From: the human T2T-CHM13v2.0 reference genome, Homo sapiens
DNA: 64,000 nucleotides
Direction: 5' to 3' (one strand)
NCBI RefSeq assembly: GCF_009914755.1
Contig: NC_060927.1
Part shown: positions 41,649 to 55,900 of the stretch, piece by piece
Layout of the letters: each line of letters opens with the position of its first letter
How positions within the stretch are numbered: position 1 is the first letter of the stretch
The notes under the pieces: model-generated
What the model saw: only the letters and a program-made list of their open reading frames with translations
The model's database searches: none
Told to the model about the DNA's origin: nothing
Program-made: the position numbers and the translations under genes

Positions 41649-41801
41649 TGAGCCAGCCTATGCCCCACCTGCCCGCCCGTCCTGGACACCAAGTCAGCTG
41701 ACTCTAAAAGCTGAAAAGGGACACACGGTCCAGACAGGCCTGGAAAGAGCAGACCTGGCCCAGGACCTCAGGCTGTCAGGCAAAGAGAGGCACATGTTCG
41801 G

Positions 41802-42716
41802 TCACCCACTCTGGGTGGAAGTCCCCTTTATTTGGATTTGCCGCTGGGTGGCTAGATGACGTAGGTGGCCTTCGATGTGGACCAGGAGGGCATCCAGCAT
41901 GTGCAGGACCCCACGGAGCAGGGTGTGGTCTGAGATTGGGGCCCGCCGTTTCCAGGGTCCGCAGGGCTCAGTGGTCACCTGCGGATGCTGAGACCAGGAC
42001 CAAGAGGCAGGAGTGAGAATGGTGGGCAGAGAGGGAGATGTGACAAGGGGCAGTGATGGAGCTGGGGAGCAGGGAGTAGGGTGTGGGGCAGTGCCCAGAT
42101 GGGATGGGAGGGAGACTCAGGGTGATAGAGGATCACCGAGGGTCTGTTGTGGGCTACAGTGGTCATGGGGCCCACAGGGGCTGGATGAGAGCAGGGGTAC
42201 TAAAGGGGAGAGTTGGGGGCAGGGTGCTGGCTGTGGGTGGTGGACATGGGTTCCACGAAGGTGTGTGGACACAGGGACAATGGGCTGTGAGCTGGGGGTG
42301 GGGGTGTGGGAGGTCCACAGGCCAGTGTGGACCCATGGGGCAGGGTTGGGTGGAAGACGGGCTCACTGAGCGTACGTATATTGAGGCAGGGGCTGTGGGG
42401 GAGAAAGAAGAGCTGTGCTCACCTCACCCTTGGTGGCCTGTGAGCGCCGCCGCCCCTGCAGTATCTTGCGGCAGATCATCAGCATCGTGGTGGTGATCAT
42501 GACCGCAGCCACGGGGTAGATGCGGCTTGCTCCAGGGCCCAGCCAGTAGCCAGGACAGCTCAGGCCACCCCTACAGCCCTCCACACTCTTTGGCTGACAC
42601 CCCCAGGGCTGCAAGTCCAGCCCCACCTGGTACCAGAGGGGTCTCGACCAGGCGTGGGTGGAGGCAGACGTCACCAGCAGGAGCAGCAAAGGCAGCGAGG
42701 CCAGCACATGCAGCAT
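41802..42716 (-). CDS. TMEM89: Transmembrane protein 89, 159 aa, 2 exons
   Basis: Exon 1 42716-42423 (MLHVLASLPLLLLLVTSASTHA signal peptide; hydrophobic VAAVMITTTMLMIC segment) plus exon 2 41987-41802 (HPQVTTEPCG...QIQIKGTSTQSG-TGA); 480 nt in frame. Confidence 0.95.
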
Positions 42717-42981
42717 GGCCGTCGCTAGTGCCAGGGCCGGAACCCGGGCACCTGGCAACGGGCAAACGCCCCTCCCCCGGGAAGAGGCCTGGCTCTAAGG
42801 CAGCAGGTTCCAGCCAGGCCCATGGCCTTTCATGAGCAGCCTGGCCAGAAACTGGCTGTGGTCAGGGGGCTGGAGTCCAGGGCTTGAGGACAACGGCAGA
42901 CCTGGGTTCTGGGTCCTGCTGTCCCAGCGGGCCTAGCTGGCCCCAAACTGAGGGAGCACCTCCTTTTGAAGCTGGGCCCTA

Positions 42982-44722
<1,741 letters not shown>

Positions 44723-45559
44723 TCCACACGGCCCCTAAAACCTTTTGCTTTCCACCAGGGGCATCACCTCTCTAGGCTGACCAAACTCGCAGGTCCCCCA
44801 CACCCAACCGCAGCCCCACAGTCCACATCGCAGTTGGGTGAGTGCTCAAAGATGTGGGATCAAAATCCACAGGCAGCTCCCCCGCTGTCAGAACAAAGCC
44901 CAAAGTCTCCCCCTGGACTGTGAGGTCCCCCCACCCTCTCACCTCAGCTCATGCTGCCCCTGCCTCCCACAGGCCTGCCTCAATACCCCCACTGCCAGCA
45001 CCACAGCTCCCCAGGCCTAGAAAGTCACCTTCTTTCTTATGGCTGGAATTTCAGTTCCAGGGTCACCTGCTGAGTCCCCCTCCCATGAGCATCTTGGGTA
45101 ACATATGACCTCTTCTATCACGTGACCCTGCTTTATTTTCTTCAAAGCATTTCTAACTACCTGCAATTTCCTGTTTGAGGTCTAAACTGCCCTCTCCAAC
45201 ATATAAGCTTCATTCAAACAATATTTACTGAGCAGCTGCCAGGCACCATTTCTGATGCTAGGACGTGGTGTGACAGAGTAAATAAAAGCTCTTATTTCCT
45301 GGGGCTGAACTTCTAGGCCATGAGTTGGGGGGTGGGGGGTGATGGTGCCAGGCACCAATACAGACCATGATAAAACAGAGCCAGGCAAGGGTACCTCTGC
45401 GATTTGAAGGGCAGGGTGGCCTCTGTCCATGCTCAGGATGGTGCCCAGACCCCTGCACAGAGCCTGGCACCTGCTCAGCACCTGATGAACAGCAGTGCTC
45501 GCATGTTTGGAGGAGAGGACCTGAGCCCAGCATTGTTTTCGCATTTCCTGGCATTTCCT

Positions 45560-46300
45560 CATTTATTTTTGAGACAGGGTCTTGCTCTGTCACACGAGCT
45601 GGAGTGCAGCTCCCTCCAGCATGATTTCAGCTCACTGCAACCTCCGCCTCTTGGGTTCAATTGATCCTCCCACCTCAGCCTTCCCAGTAGCTGGGATTAC
45701 AGGCGTCCAGCACCATGCCCAGCTCATTTTTGTATTTTTAGTAGAGATGGGGTTTCACCTGCCTCGGGCCTCCCAAAGTGCTGGGATTATAGGCCCGGCA
45801 TCTACTCATTTAATATTCACTGAGCAACCCCTGAAGCAAGAATTGTAGCCACTCACGCTCTACCGATGAACAGCACACTGAGGCCCAGACAGATCCTAAG
45901 ACCCGGTCCCTCCCCTGCCATCACTGTCAGCTGACCCAACGCCCCACTGCCTGCTGGGTCACATGCCCAGATGTCGGCATTTAATGGCAGAAATCAACAC
46001 ACACTCCTTGGCTGACAGTGTTCTACCATGCCCAGGTGATCTGTCACCCATGCGGGGCATGATCTGGGCTCATTGCAACCTCTGCCTCCCAAGTTCAAGC
46101 GATTCTCATGCCTCAGCTTCCCGAGTAGCTGGGATTACAGGCATGTATCACCACGCCCGACTAACTTTTGTATTTTTAGTAGAGGTGGGATTTCACCATG
46201 TTGGCCAGGATGTTCTTGAACTCCTGATGTCAAGTGATCCACCTGCCTCTGCTTCCCAAAGTGCTGGGATTACAGGTGTGAACCACCGTGCCCGGCCCGG
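45560..46300 (-). mobile_element. Two partial reverse Alus (~45560-45800, ~46055-46300)
   Basis: Alu consensus fragments. Confidence 0.8.
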
Positions 46301-46697
46301 TCATGCTTATTCTTAAGCATAGAGCAGCAGTGTGGGGGAACAGCTGCTCCTAGGTGTTCACTCTGTATCCTCCAGGGACTGCCCATTGGCACCCACGCTG
46401 CCCTGTACCTTCTCGGGTATTCCTGAGAGCAAATTATTCCTGAGAAGCAGCTCTGGTTCCAACTGTTTCACATCTGAGGAGACAGCGAGTGAGGGCTATG
46501 CATGGCTGGGGAGAGACCTTAACAGGGGATGCCTCCACAGCTCCCCTGCTCTGTACCCTAACCTCCCGAGTCCTTCCTACACCTTCTGCCCCGTCTCACC
46601 TTCAGGGCACAGGAAGGGTCAGCAGCCACAGCTGTGGACCACCCACCACCAGGGCCCCACCAAGCCACAGCAGAGACTGGAGTTGAGCAGACAAATC

Positions 46698-46703
46698 TTT
46701 ATT
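46698..46703 (-). terminator. SLC26A6: SLC26A6 poly(A) signal AATAAA
   Basis: TTTATT on + strand ~240 nt downstream of the stop. Confidence 0.85.
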
Positions 46704-46945
46704 CCTGAGGCTAAAATATGCACCAGTTCCCTCCCTGTACCGCGCCACTGCCAGCCTGACTGCATGCAGGCCCTGTCCCAGACCTGGAGCGCTGAACTTG
46801 GAGTCCCAGGACCTCCTTCCCTGAGTTGTGTGTGTGTACATGGAGGGGACTCCTGGGTAGCACCTGGAGGCGGCCTAGGGGTGAGGGGCTTCTCAAGGGT
46901 GCCCTGCACCTCCAGAGGTGCAGTCTTGGGCAGGATGTAGCATGT

Positions 46946-49900
46946 TCAGAGTCTGGTGACCTGAGCAGGCAGAGGAGGGGAGGCTCTAGTCAGTTTCCAA
47001 AGGACACAGACCAACCCCCGCCCCTAGAACAGCTTTATCCAAAGACAGCGGAGAAAGCACTGGGCCCACTGGGGACAGAGCCATGGCCACCAGGAAAGAC
47101 TCCCTGGAGCTGGGGCCAGGGTGGGGACAAGCAATAGATTAACAAAAAAGAGCTTGGCAGGCCAGAGGTAGGCTCACCGAAACAGGGCTGTCGGGGACAG
47201 GCCTCGGGTGTTGGAGGGCAAAGGTGACAGCATCATGGACAGAGGCAAAGAGATGCTTCTTGGTGATGGATGCATCGAAGAAGTGCCCAGCCTCAAGCTG
47301 GCTGACCACAGGGCCTGTGGGCAAGAAGTAGGCCTCCCCTGACTCTCAGAACCTCTAGGAACTCAACTCCCGGGAGCCAACAGAATGCCCTGACCTCATC
47401 ACCCCTGACCTCCACCCCTGAGGCTACAGCTGAATCCACATCACTTGTAACCCTGGACTCCTGTCTCCCAGGACACCTCTGACCTCCAGTTCCAGAGAAA
47501 GACTTTTTCCTTGTGCTACTTGGAAAACCCCTTGGCCAAAAGTATCCTACCCTCTTCCCAGGTCCCTCCTGCTGTTCCCACCCTACTCACTGTGGCAGGC
47601 CGCCATGTACACCTCCACCTCAATCTCCCGGAAGTCATGGAAAATCTGTAGCGGAAAAGGGGGCCAGCCTCAGAGGGAGGCTCAGGGACTCAGAGGGGGG
47701 CTCGGGCAGGCTTGGGGAGGGAGTTTAGAAGGGGAGCTTTGAGGGTTTGGGGAGTCAGAGGCTGGGAGTGCTCTCAGGGCAAATTACAGGGTCAGTGTGG
47801 AAGCTCGAGGGGCCTTGGCCTGCCCCCGTCCTTACATTCTTCAGGCTCTTGAGGCACACAGTGTCCACAAAGGAGAGGGCACCCAGGTCCAGGATGAGGC
47901 TGTGGAAGTCTGGCTGAGGCAGGCCCAGGGCCTTCAGTGTGGACCCATCTGGGGCCTTGGAGTCTTCTTGACCATTGGCTGTTGCATCTTCCATCTTATC
48001 TCCTGAGCTCACCTGCTGGGGAGCCAGACATGCTGCCAGGGCCACCCATGAGAGAGTGAAGGCAGGACTGGCCGCACACAGACACGCGAGAACACGCAAG
48101 GTCAGATGGGGAGCATGCATGGGACACATAAGGACACAAACATGCGGGAGTCACATAGGTGTGCAAAGACAGGAATGACAGATGTGTGGGGACATGCAGG
48201 AGGGCACACCCAGATGTGCATATACTGCTCTGCTACCTCCTGGGCCGACGCTGCACAGGGACACGAGAAGGGAGTCCCTGTCCCATTCTCATCAGCCAGG
48301 GCTGAGTGGGGAGGGGGCCCAGGAGCAGGCCAGAATAGACACGGGCATCCACATGAAACGCATGCAGACACCTCGGCACCCTGCCCTGTCTCAGTCTCTA
48401 ATTAAGTTTGGCATCCTCTTTGACCCCTCAATTTTTTTTTTAGAGACGGGGTCTCGCTTCATTGCCCAGGCTGAATGCAGTGGTTATTCACAGGCACCAT
48501 TAGAGCGCACTGCAGCCCCGAGCTCCTGGGCTCAAATGATTTTCCCGCCTTAGCCTCCCGAAGAGCTGGGACTACAGGCGCGTACCACCACGCCTGCCTT
48601 TGACCCCTTGATTTTCTCCCATATACCCCATCCCTTTCCTCTACCCATGAGCAGACTCTGGGGGAAGTCTTGTGGGATCTACAAATTCAAGGTCTTCATC
48701 TAGGCCTGAGAATCTAAGCCTAGATTCTGTGGCATATCACGACGCTCCCTGAAGAATATCTGACCCAGCCTCCCCACTCCTCCTGCCATCGGCGCAACAC
48801 CCTCGAGCCCACAGCTGCTGGGTCCATGGCATTCCTCATGAGACATGTGGATCCTGCATCTCTGCAGCTCACAGCTGTCACCTCCTTTCCCACCTCCAGT
48901 CTCACCATCATCTTGCAGTCCTCAACGTTGTTGCTCCTCATGTCTTCAAGGCTGGTGTTGACATTAATGGAAACTGAGGCGCCCTTGGGGGAGGCAGCCT
49001 ACACCAGGGAAGACAGGGAATGGGAAACAGCTAGCCCGGCTGCCATGACAGCCATGTCACATAGGCCTGGTGATGCCCCCTGGTGCTGGGCAGGTGGGTG
49101 GGCCAGGACCAGAAGCTGTGGGACCTGCAGCAGCCAGGCTGAAGCTCCTGGAACAGCCGTGAAAGGGAAGAGGACTGTGACGGTTCTCACTGTCACTGGT
49201 TCAGATGATGGGAGAGAAAATGCTGCCTAGAGCCCGGACCTGCTAGGGGAGTGAAGCAGGGTCCCTGGGAGCATGAGGGAGAAAGGGGAAGGGATGAGGA
49301 GTGAGGACGAGGGAGGAGTCGGGGGCCAGGAGAAAGGCTGGGGCAGGGAACAGGGGGCAGGAGATGGGGGTCACCAGACAAAAGGGGCCCTGCCTGTTTC
49401 CGAAGCTTCTCCTCTTTCTGCAGTTGCTTCAGCTTCAGCTGCTCCTGCTTCTTGAGCAGTTTCTTCTTCTGGGAGATGAGGAAGTCGACATCCACACCAC
49501 ACTGGAGGCAAACATCAGAGAAGGGTTGGTGAGCTCTCTGGGAGCTGGGGCCTGACACCCATCCTGGGGACTCCGTCTCACCCTCTGCTTCAGCGCATCA
49601 CTGTAGAACTCAGCATTGGCAAAGTACACGGTGGCCGAGGAGCGGAAGACCTTCACCCCCCGGACTTCCTTGGCCTGGGGATGAGGCAGAACTGGTGGTG
49701 GCTGAATCTCCTCTCTCCTGGCTGCATCCTGTTCTCCTGCCTTTCCTTCCCTAGTGTGCCCAGTGCCTGCCACCGCCCAGCCCTCTGCTCCCCAGGCTGC
49801 AGTCCAGGCCCTCCCAGGGGCTTAGGCCACAAGCCCGACGGTGTCATCCCCATCCCCCCACAGTGCCTCTCCCTCCCCACCTCTCCTGCCACCACCCAGG

Positions 49901-52900
49901 CAGGCTTCACAGGCTCTTAACCTTTCTCTTGGGTTTCCAACCCCTGCCTTGTGTTCTGTTTTCTGCACCCAGACAGAGGTCCTCCTAGGCTGTCATATCA
50001 ATCAGACCTTCCCCGCTCCCACCCCATTCGGGTCACAGCCCGGGTCTCTGCTGGGCTCCAGGCATGCATGGTAAGGGCTGGGCTGCCCCCTCATCCTCTC
50101 CCATGTCTCAGACCCCTTAATTCCTCCCCGCACTGCCTAATTGCACTGTGCCCATGTTGCAGGCAACAGCCTTGTTTTATTCCAGAGCCCCCCACCTATG
50201 TTCCTAGCACTTGGCCCAAGACCTCTCAGGAGATAAATGGATGACTGAGGACTTAGTAACCCCACTGATCAGATCAGGAAATGCCTCCCTTCCAACCTGG
50301 CGCCCCAGGGAGCTGCCATTCCGGCTCTCTGACCCACGGCTGCTCTGCAGGTGGAGCTTGTGCTGTTGACTCCACGACAGACCCCTCCCCAGCCCCAGAC
50401 CCATCTCTGTCCACTCTCCCTCTGTCCCTTCATACCTCTAGAGGGGGTCATAGACCTAAACTCCTCCCTTGAAATCCCAAAGACCAAAGCCAAAGTATCC
50501 TCAGCCCCCAGTTCCCTGGCCAAGTGTGGAACGAATCCACAAAGGCTCATTCTTCCTCCGTCTCCCCATCCACACCATCTCACTCAGCCCCTGACACTCA
50601 CCTCTGAGTACTCTGCCACATCTCTGTAAATATCCGTGTCTGGCACCTGCCCCAGGACAGAGTAGTGGGGCCTGTGAAGGAGAGAGAGAATGCACGAAGA
50701 GGGGGCAGAAAAAGGGGATAACAGAGGGGTCCGAAGGAGCCTGAAGTCCCCAGAGATGTGGGGAAAGCTGCGGGGAGCCCTGTGGTACTCTCTCACTAGC
50801 TGGAATGAGGGGACCAACATGGCGGACTCACATCTGTGTCCGGACCACCACGAGCAGCAGGGAGAAGATGACCGCAACCACCAAGCCAAGGTCCAGGTTC
50901 AGCAAGATGGTGGCCGTGAAGGTCACCAGCCAGATAAGCTGAGAACAGAGGGCAGCGGTTGGAGGGCGGCGAGGAGCCATGGGGCTGCCCAGTCCCTGCC
51001 CTGGGCTCCCAGTGCACTCACCAGATCCGCCCGATTGGCCTTCCAGAGGGAGCGCATGTCGCTGAGCTGCCTCAGCATGCCCTTCAGGTTCACAATGATG
51101 ATGGCTGCCAGGACCGCCTGGGGTGGGGACAGTGCCACCAGGGGCCATTGAGGGCACCCGATGCTGACAACCCTCCTCACCGAGGCAAAGCCAGACTAAG
51201 CCCAAGCACTCAGGCAGTACCCCAGACACAAACCCCCACCCAGCCCCTGACCCTTGTCTCCAAATCTCACCTTGAAGATCTCAGCCTTGAAAAACAGAAC
51301 CTAACCTTGTGTCCCCACCCCTCGCCTGAACCTAGACTGGCTGATTTGAGAGCCCTGGCCTGGCCAAGACCTGAAACCTGGCTGGGTGGGGGCTCACCTT
51401 GGGCAGGTCATGGAAGAGTTCCCCAAGTTTGACAATGATGAGGAGGATGAAAAGGGAAGAGATGGCTCCAGCAACCTGTTCGGGGAGGGAGTGAGCAGGG
51501 GAGAGACCTCCTTCCCCAGGCAAAGCAATGTGCATGCCCACACCCATGCCCACACCCAAAGCCCACCTGCGAGTTGCCCCCGGTGCTCTCCTGTACCAGG
51601 CTCCGAGACATAGAGCAACTCACGGGGAAGCACTGGAAGATGCCTCCGATAAGGTTACTGAGGCCCAGGGCCACCAGCTCCTGACGGGGGACAGTACGGG
51701 TGTGAGAAGACTTCCTAGAAGTGGCTGGTCACTGTTCCACTGTATCTAGGCCTGTGCATCCCCAATCTCCATCCCCACCAAGTGGCCCCCAGAGACTGGA
51801 TGCTGTCCCACACGTCCTGCTCTCCCACCCTCAGTCCCCCACGTGGCCTCAGCACATCTGCTGTCTCCCTGTGTCCCACCGGTTCCTCCCCCACCCGTTG
51901 CTGGCGCCTCCATACACTTGGATGCCTCCTACACATCCCGCATCACCCAGACCTGGTTGCTGTCCACCCGGTAGCCGTGCCTCAGGGCGAAGATCTTCCC
52001 CAGTGAGATGGCAATGGCAAACCCAACCACAGCGATGGTGAAGGCGCTGCCCACGAGCTTTGAGAACAGCTGGGTGTTGGGGGCCACTGGGGGCACCAGC
52101 CTGTGAGAGGTATCTGTGAGGCCAAAGCAAGGTCCTGTCCTGGCTGCCCAACCCTCCCTGACCTGATGGAGGCCAGAGCTCACCCTGCAGGGATGTTGCC
52201 CACGACATCTACCTCAAATCTGTGCTTTAGACCCATGCCATAGGAGATGCCTGTGGCCCCGATGAGCTGTGGGAGAGGACAGAGTCAGGGAGGCAGGTGC
52301 TGGCACCATGGTCAGGGGGACACATAAACCACTGTGAGGTGAGGAGGGAGATACTGGGCAAAACCTTCTTCGAGGGTGGGAAAAAGTCACGTAGGGTGAG
52401 AGACAGGCAACACCATTTCGGCTATGGGGAGATGCTGTCAGGGGCAGGAAGAAACCAACATAGGGGCTTTCTGCTGTGCCCCCCACAATACCCAAGAACC
52501 CTCCCAGCCCCCCTCCAGCTGGCCCTCAAATACAGGAGGCTGCCCACGTGGCAAGGACCCAGCCTGACCTGCCCTTCTCCCCTGCCCTCCACTCCCTGGC
52601 CCTCGAACCGTGAGCAGCTCCCCGGGTATCGGCATGGGCAGCTGCTGCTGCAGCTTGTCATTCAACAGCTTCACCACCACGAGCACCACCCCAGCCACAG
52701 CTGCAGTGACCACGGTGCCAACCTTGCTCTGGGGCAGCTTCCAGCAGACCTCCAGCACTGTCTGAGGAGAGGCCAGGTCACAGCTAGCACTCAAGGCCAT
52801 GGGGCACACCTACCCCTCCCTCCCCCTACCCTCACTCACATAGATGAGGGACAGTGGCCCAGAGTGGCTGCTCAGATGGAGGCCAAACACATACTTGAGC

Positions 52901-55900
52901 TGTGAGACGAAGACCTGCACAGCTGCAGCTGTGGTATAGCCTCGGACAAGAGGTTCTGACAGGTAGGTGACCACGAAGCCGAAGTGGATCAGGCCCAGCC
53001 CCACCTGTGGGGCGGCCAGGGGCAGTCAGGAGAGGCAGGGGTCCTGGGGTTGCTAATGAGGAGCGCAGGGCAAGTGGGATGGGAGGGGGATGAGTAGACG
53101 GCAAGAGGAGGACGACGATGGTCAGACACTCAGGGGAGTACAGACAGGACAGTGGCGGGAGCAGAAGTGGTGGTGGGGGGCACATACTCCTGACTGTTCC
53201 ACACCTGGAAGAGGCCAACCAGGACACTGAGTGTGGAGGCCACCTGTACCCGGGCAGCATCTCTGGCTGTCTCATTGATCATGGAGTCGTTCAAGGCCTG
53301 CGGGGCCAGGGATTCTGTCACACTGCCCACCATCACAGACATGACAGCAAAGGTCCCTGTAAGGACGGCACGGGGCAGGTCTGAAGAGGAGAGGACACTG
53401 CCCTGCCCTGGAGCCCTGGTCTTAAGAGAGAGGCCAGGAGACTTCCAGTTCTGGATAAATGTACTCAGATTATGGCTGCATGAACAGGGACAGTGCTGGC
53501 GGTTCAGGTTTGGCCAGGCCAGGAGTAAACCCTGAGCTCACAGGCCCTTAAGCATGGCTAGAAATGCTGGCCCTGTCTCATCTACCCTGTCCCACCTGTG
53601 TCTACTGGTCCCGGGACACAGAGGCTCTCTGTGGAGTAGGGAAGGGGTCAGGGCTGGCCTTAGGCTGCTCAGGCCTCTGCCAAGTTCCAGGCCCCTTGGG
53701 CTGCCTCACCCACTCTCATCTTCCTGGAGCCAGGGCTTTGAGGTCACCTGCCTCTGTGGTCCTACAGTCAGGGGTCTAGTCCTGCCTGGGGATGACTCGT
53801 GGGCTAGCCCAGGGATGCAGCACCAATGCTGCCCTCTTCCCCAGCCGCTCCTGCCCTGCTCAGTGCCCCCTCACCCTGCCCTCCATGATGGATGTGGGCA
53901 TCCTCCTGGAAGGCTAGGCCTGCCTCCACTTACCCACGGAGATGTGCCGGGAAGTGCCAAACAGGAAGTAGATGAAGACAGGGTAGAAGGAGCTATAGAG
54001 GCCAAACACGGGGGGCAATCCAGCCAGGAGGGCGTAGGCCAAGCCTAGGGGTAGAATGGTAGCAGTGCAGGCCTGGAGAGCAGATCTTGAAACGATAAGG
54101 GAATCCCAGCCCTGGGTTAGGTGCCATAGTTCCAAGGTAGAGGTCATGGCCCCAGTTTTGGGCATCACAGACCACAGGGTTTCCAGGCCGACGCACTGAA
54201 GGTGGCTCACCCTGCGGAAGCTGCATGATGGCCACACTCAGGCCGGATAACAGGTCACCCAGGAGCCAGTCACGCACAGGATACCGGGGTAACCAGACCA
54301 AAACCGGGAGGTGTTGGAGCAGAAGGGCATAGGCCCGAGCACGGGAGCACCTAGGGACATGATATGAGGGGTAGGTGTCAGGAACAGGGGCTACCTGGGC
54401 CCCGCCAGCGCCCCCAGGCCCCAATCTTGGCCTTACTGCAACCAGGTCCGCCACTGGTGGGTCCTAGGTGCTGAGCCCCAGCGCCCCAGCTCCTCCAAAT
54501 GCTCCTGGTTCAGCAGCGGCCGTTCCATGTGGTAGTCTCGCCTCCGCAGGTCCATTGCTTGTGTTGCAGACAGCAGTGCCTGTGTGTCCCTCGGTCTGGG
54601 GTGGCAAGACCAGAGAGACACAGTGAAGGCATCCCTGGCCCAACCTCCCCTACACCTCCACCTAGGACCAGAGAGTTACCTACCTGATTTTTCCAGGCCC
54701 TAAGATCAAGGTACAGTATTCCAGCCCCCAGCTGGCATCTGTGGGCCACATGTCCAAACTCAGACAGGGGCAGTACCTGAACTTTGGCTGGTGAGAAAGC
54801 CTCTTTCTAGGACAAAGTCCCCCAAGTAGGGACTGCAGGATGAGCACTAGCTATACCTCCAGCCGAGATGTGGCAGCCCAGTGCTGAGTGTTCTACCAGT
54901 CCAGGTCCCAGGCTGCTCCCTCCCCCACCCAGTCCCTCTCCAGTCCCCAGGTCCTCCTCCAGCTGCCCCGGGAGCCCACTGCTGGCTGAGAGCACACTCA
55001 GGGAAGGGGTCCAGCAAACCAGGGGTCCAGCTCCTCAAGCAACTCCTTTCCCAAGCCTCAGGCCTCAGATGAGACCCTCCCCTCTAAGGGAAGGAAAGTG
55101 TTGGAGCCAAGCTTGCCCCTGGGCCTCCAGCCCCAGGGTCCAGGTTGTAGACGGCTCAGGCCTGTTATGGGGAAGCCAAGGACTGGCTCTCACCTGAGAA
55201 GGAGCTTGCTCTTGGAGTGGCAATCTCTCACCTAGAGGGAGAGGCTCCCACATGGAAAGGGAAGTACCCACTTGAAGTGGGGGAAAGAGCTCACCTGGGA
55301 ATAGAAGCTTTCAAGGGGAATCTCACCTAGAGGGATCTCTGACCTACCAGGGAATCTTTATCAGCCTGGCAAGTTCTGATACAGGGGGAATCTTCCCTCT
55401 GCCCAGAGGCACCTACTTGAAGTCAGAGAAAGATCTCACATGGGAAGAAAAGACCTAGAGGGAGAGGGTTCTCACCTGGGGGGTACTCTCCCATAGAGAA
55501 AGCTCTGACCTCGGGCGAGGCTCCCACGTGGAATGGGGAAAAGCTGTCACCTGGGAATAGATCTCACAGAAGGATCTTACCTGGGGGAAAACTCTAGCCT
55601 GTTGGGGAAGCTTTCACCAGTCAGGAAAGTTCTGATCTAGGAAAAGCCCTGACCTGGGGAGAGGATCCCATTTGAGGGACAGGAACTCACCTGGGAAGCG
55701 CCTCTAACCTGGCTGTACTGTTGGAGGAGTGTGGAGTGGGTGCAAGGAAGATCCTCAGAGACTCTTGGGACCGCTATCTCAAGGAGATCGTAGAGCCCCC
55801 TCTCCTTTCCTACGTGAGTCACTCAGGTCTTCTTAAAGGGCTCCCTCCCCCGACAACTTGGGACCCGCGTTTGGAGGGCGGAGCCTTGATCATTGGCCCC

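Noticed and set aside
52960-52980. SLC26A6 Val206Met polymorphic site
   Set aside because: Codon reads GTG (Val), the common allele
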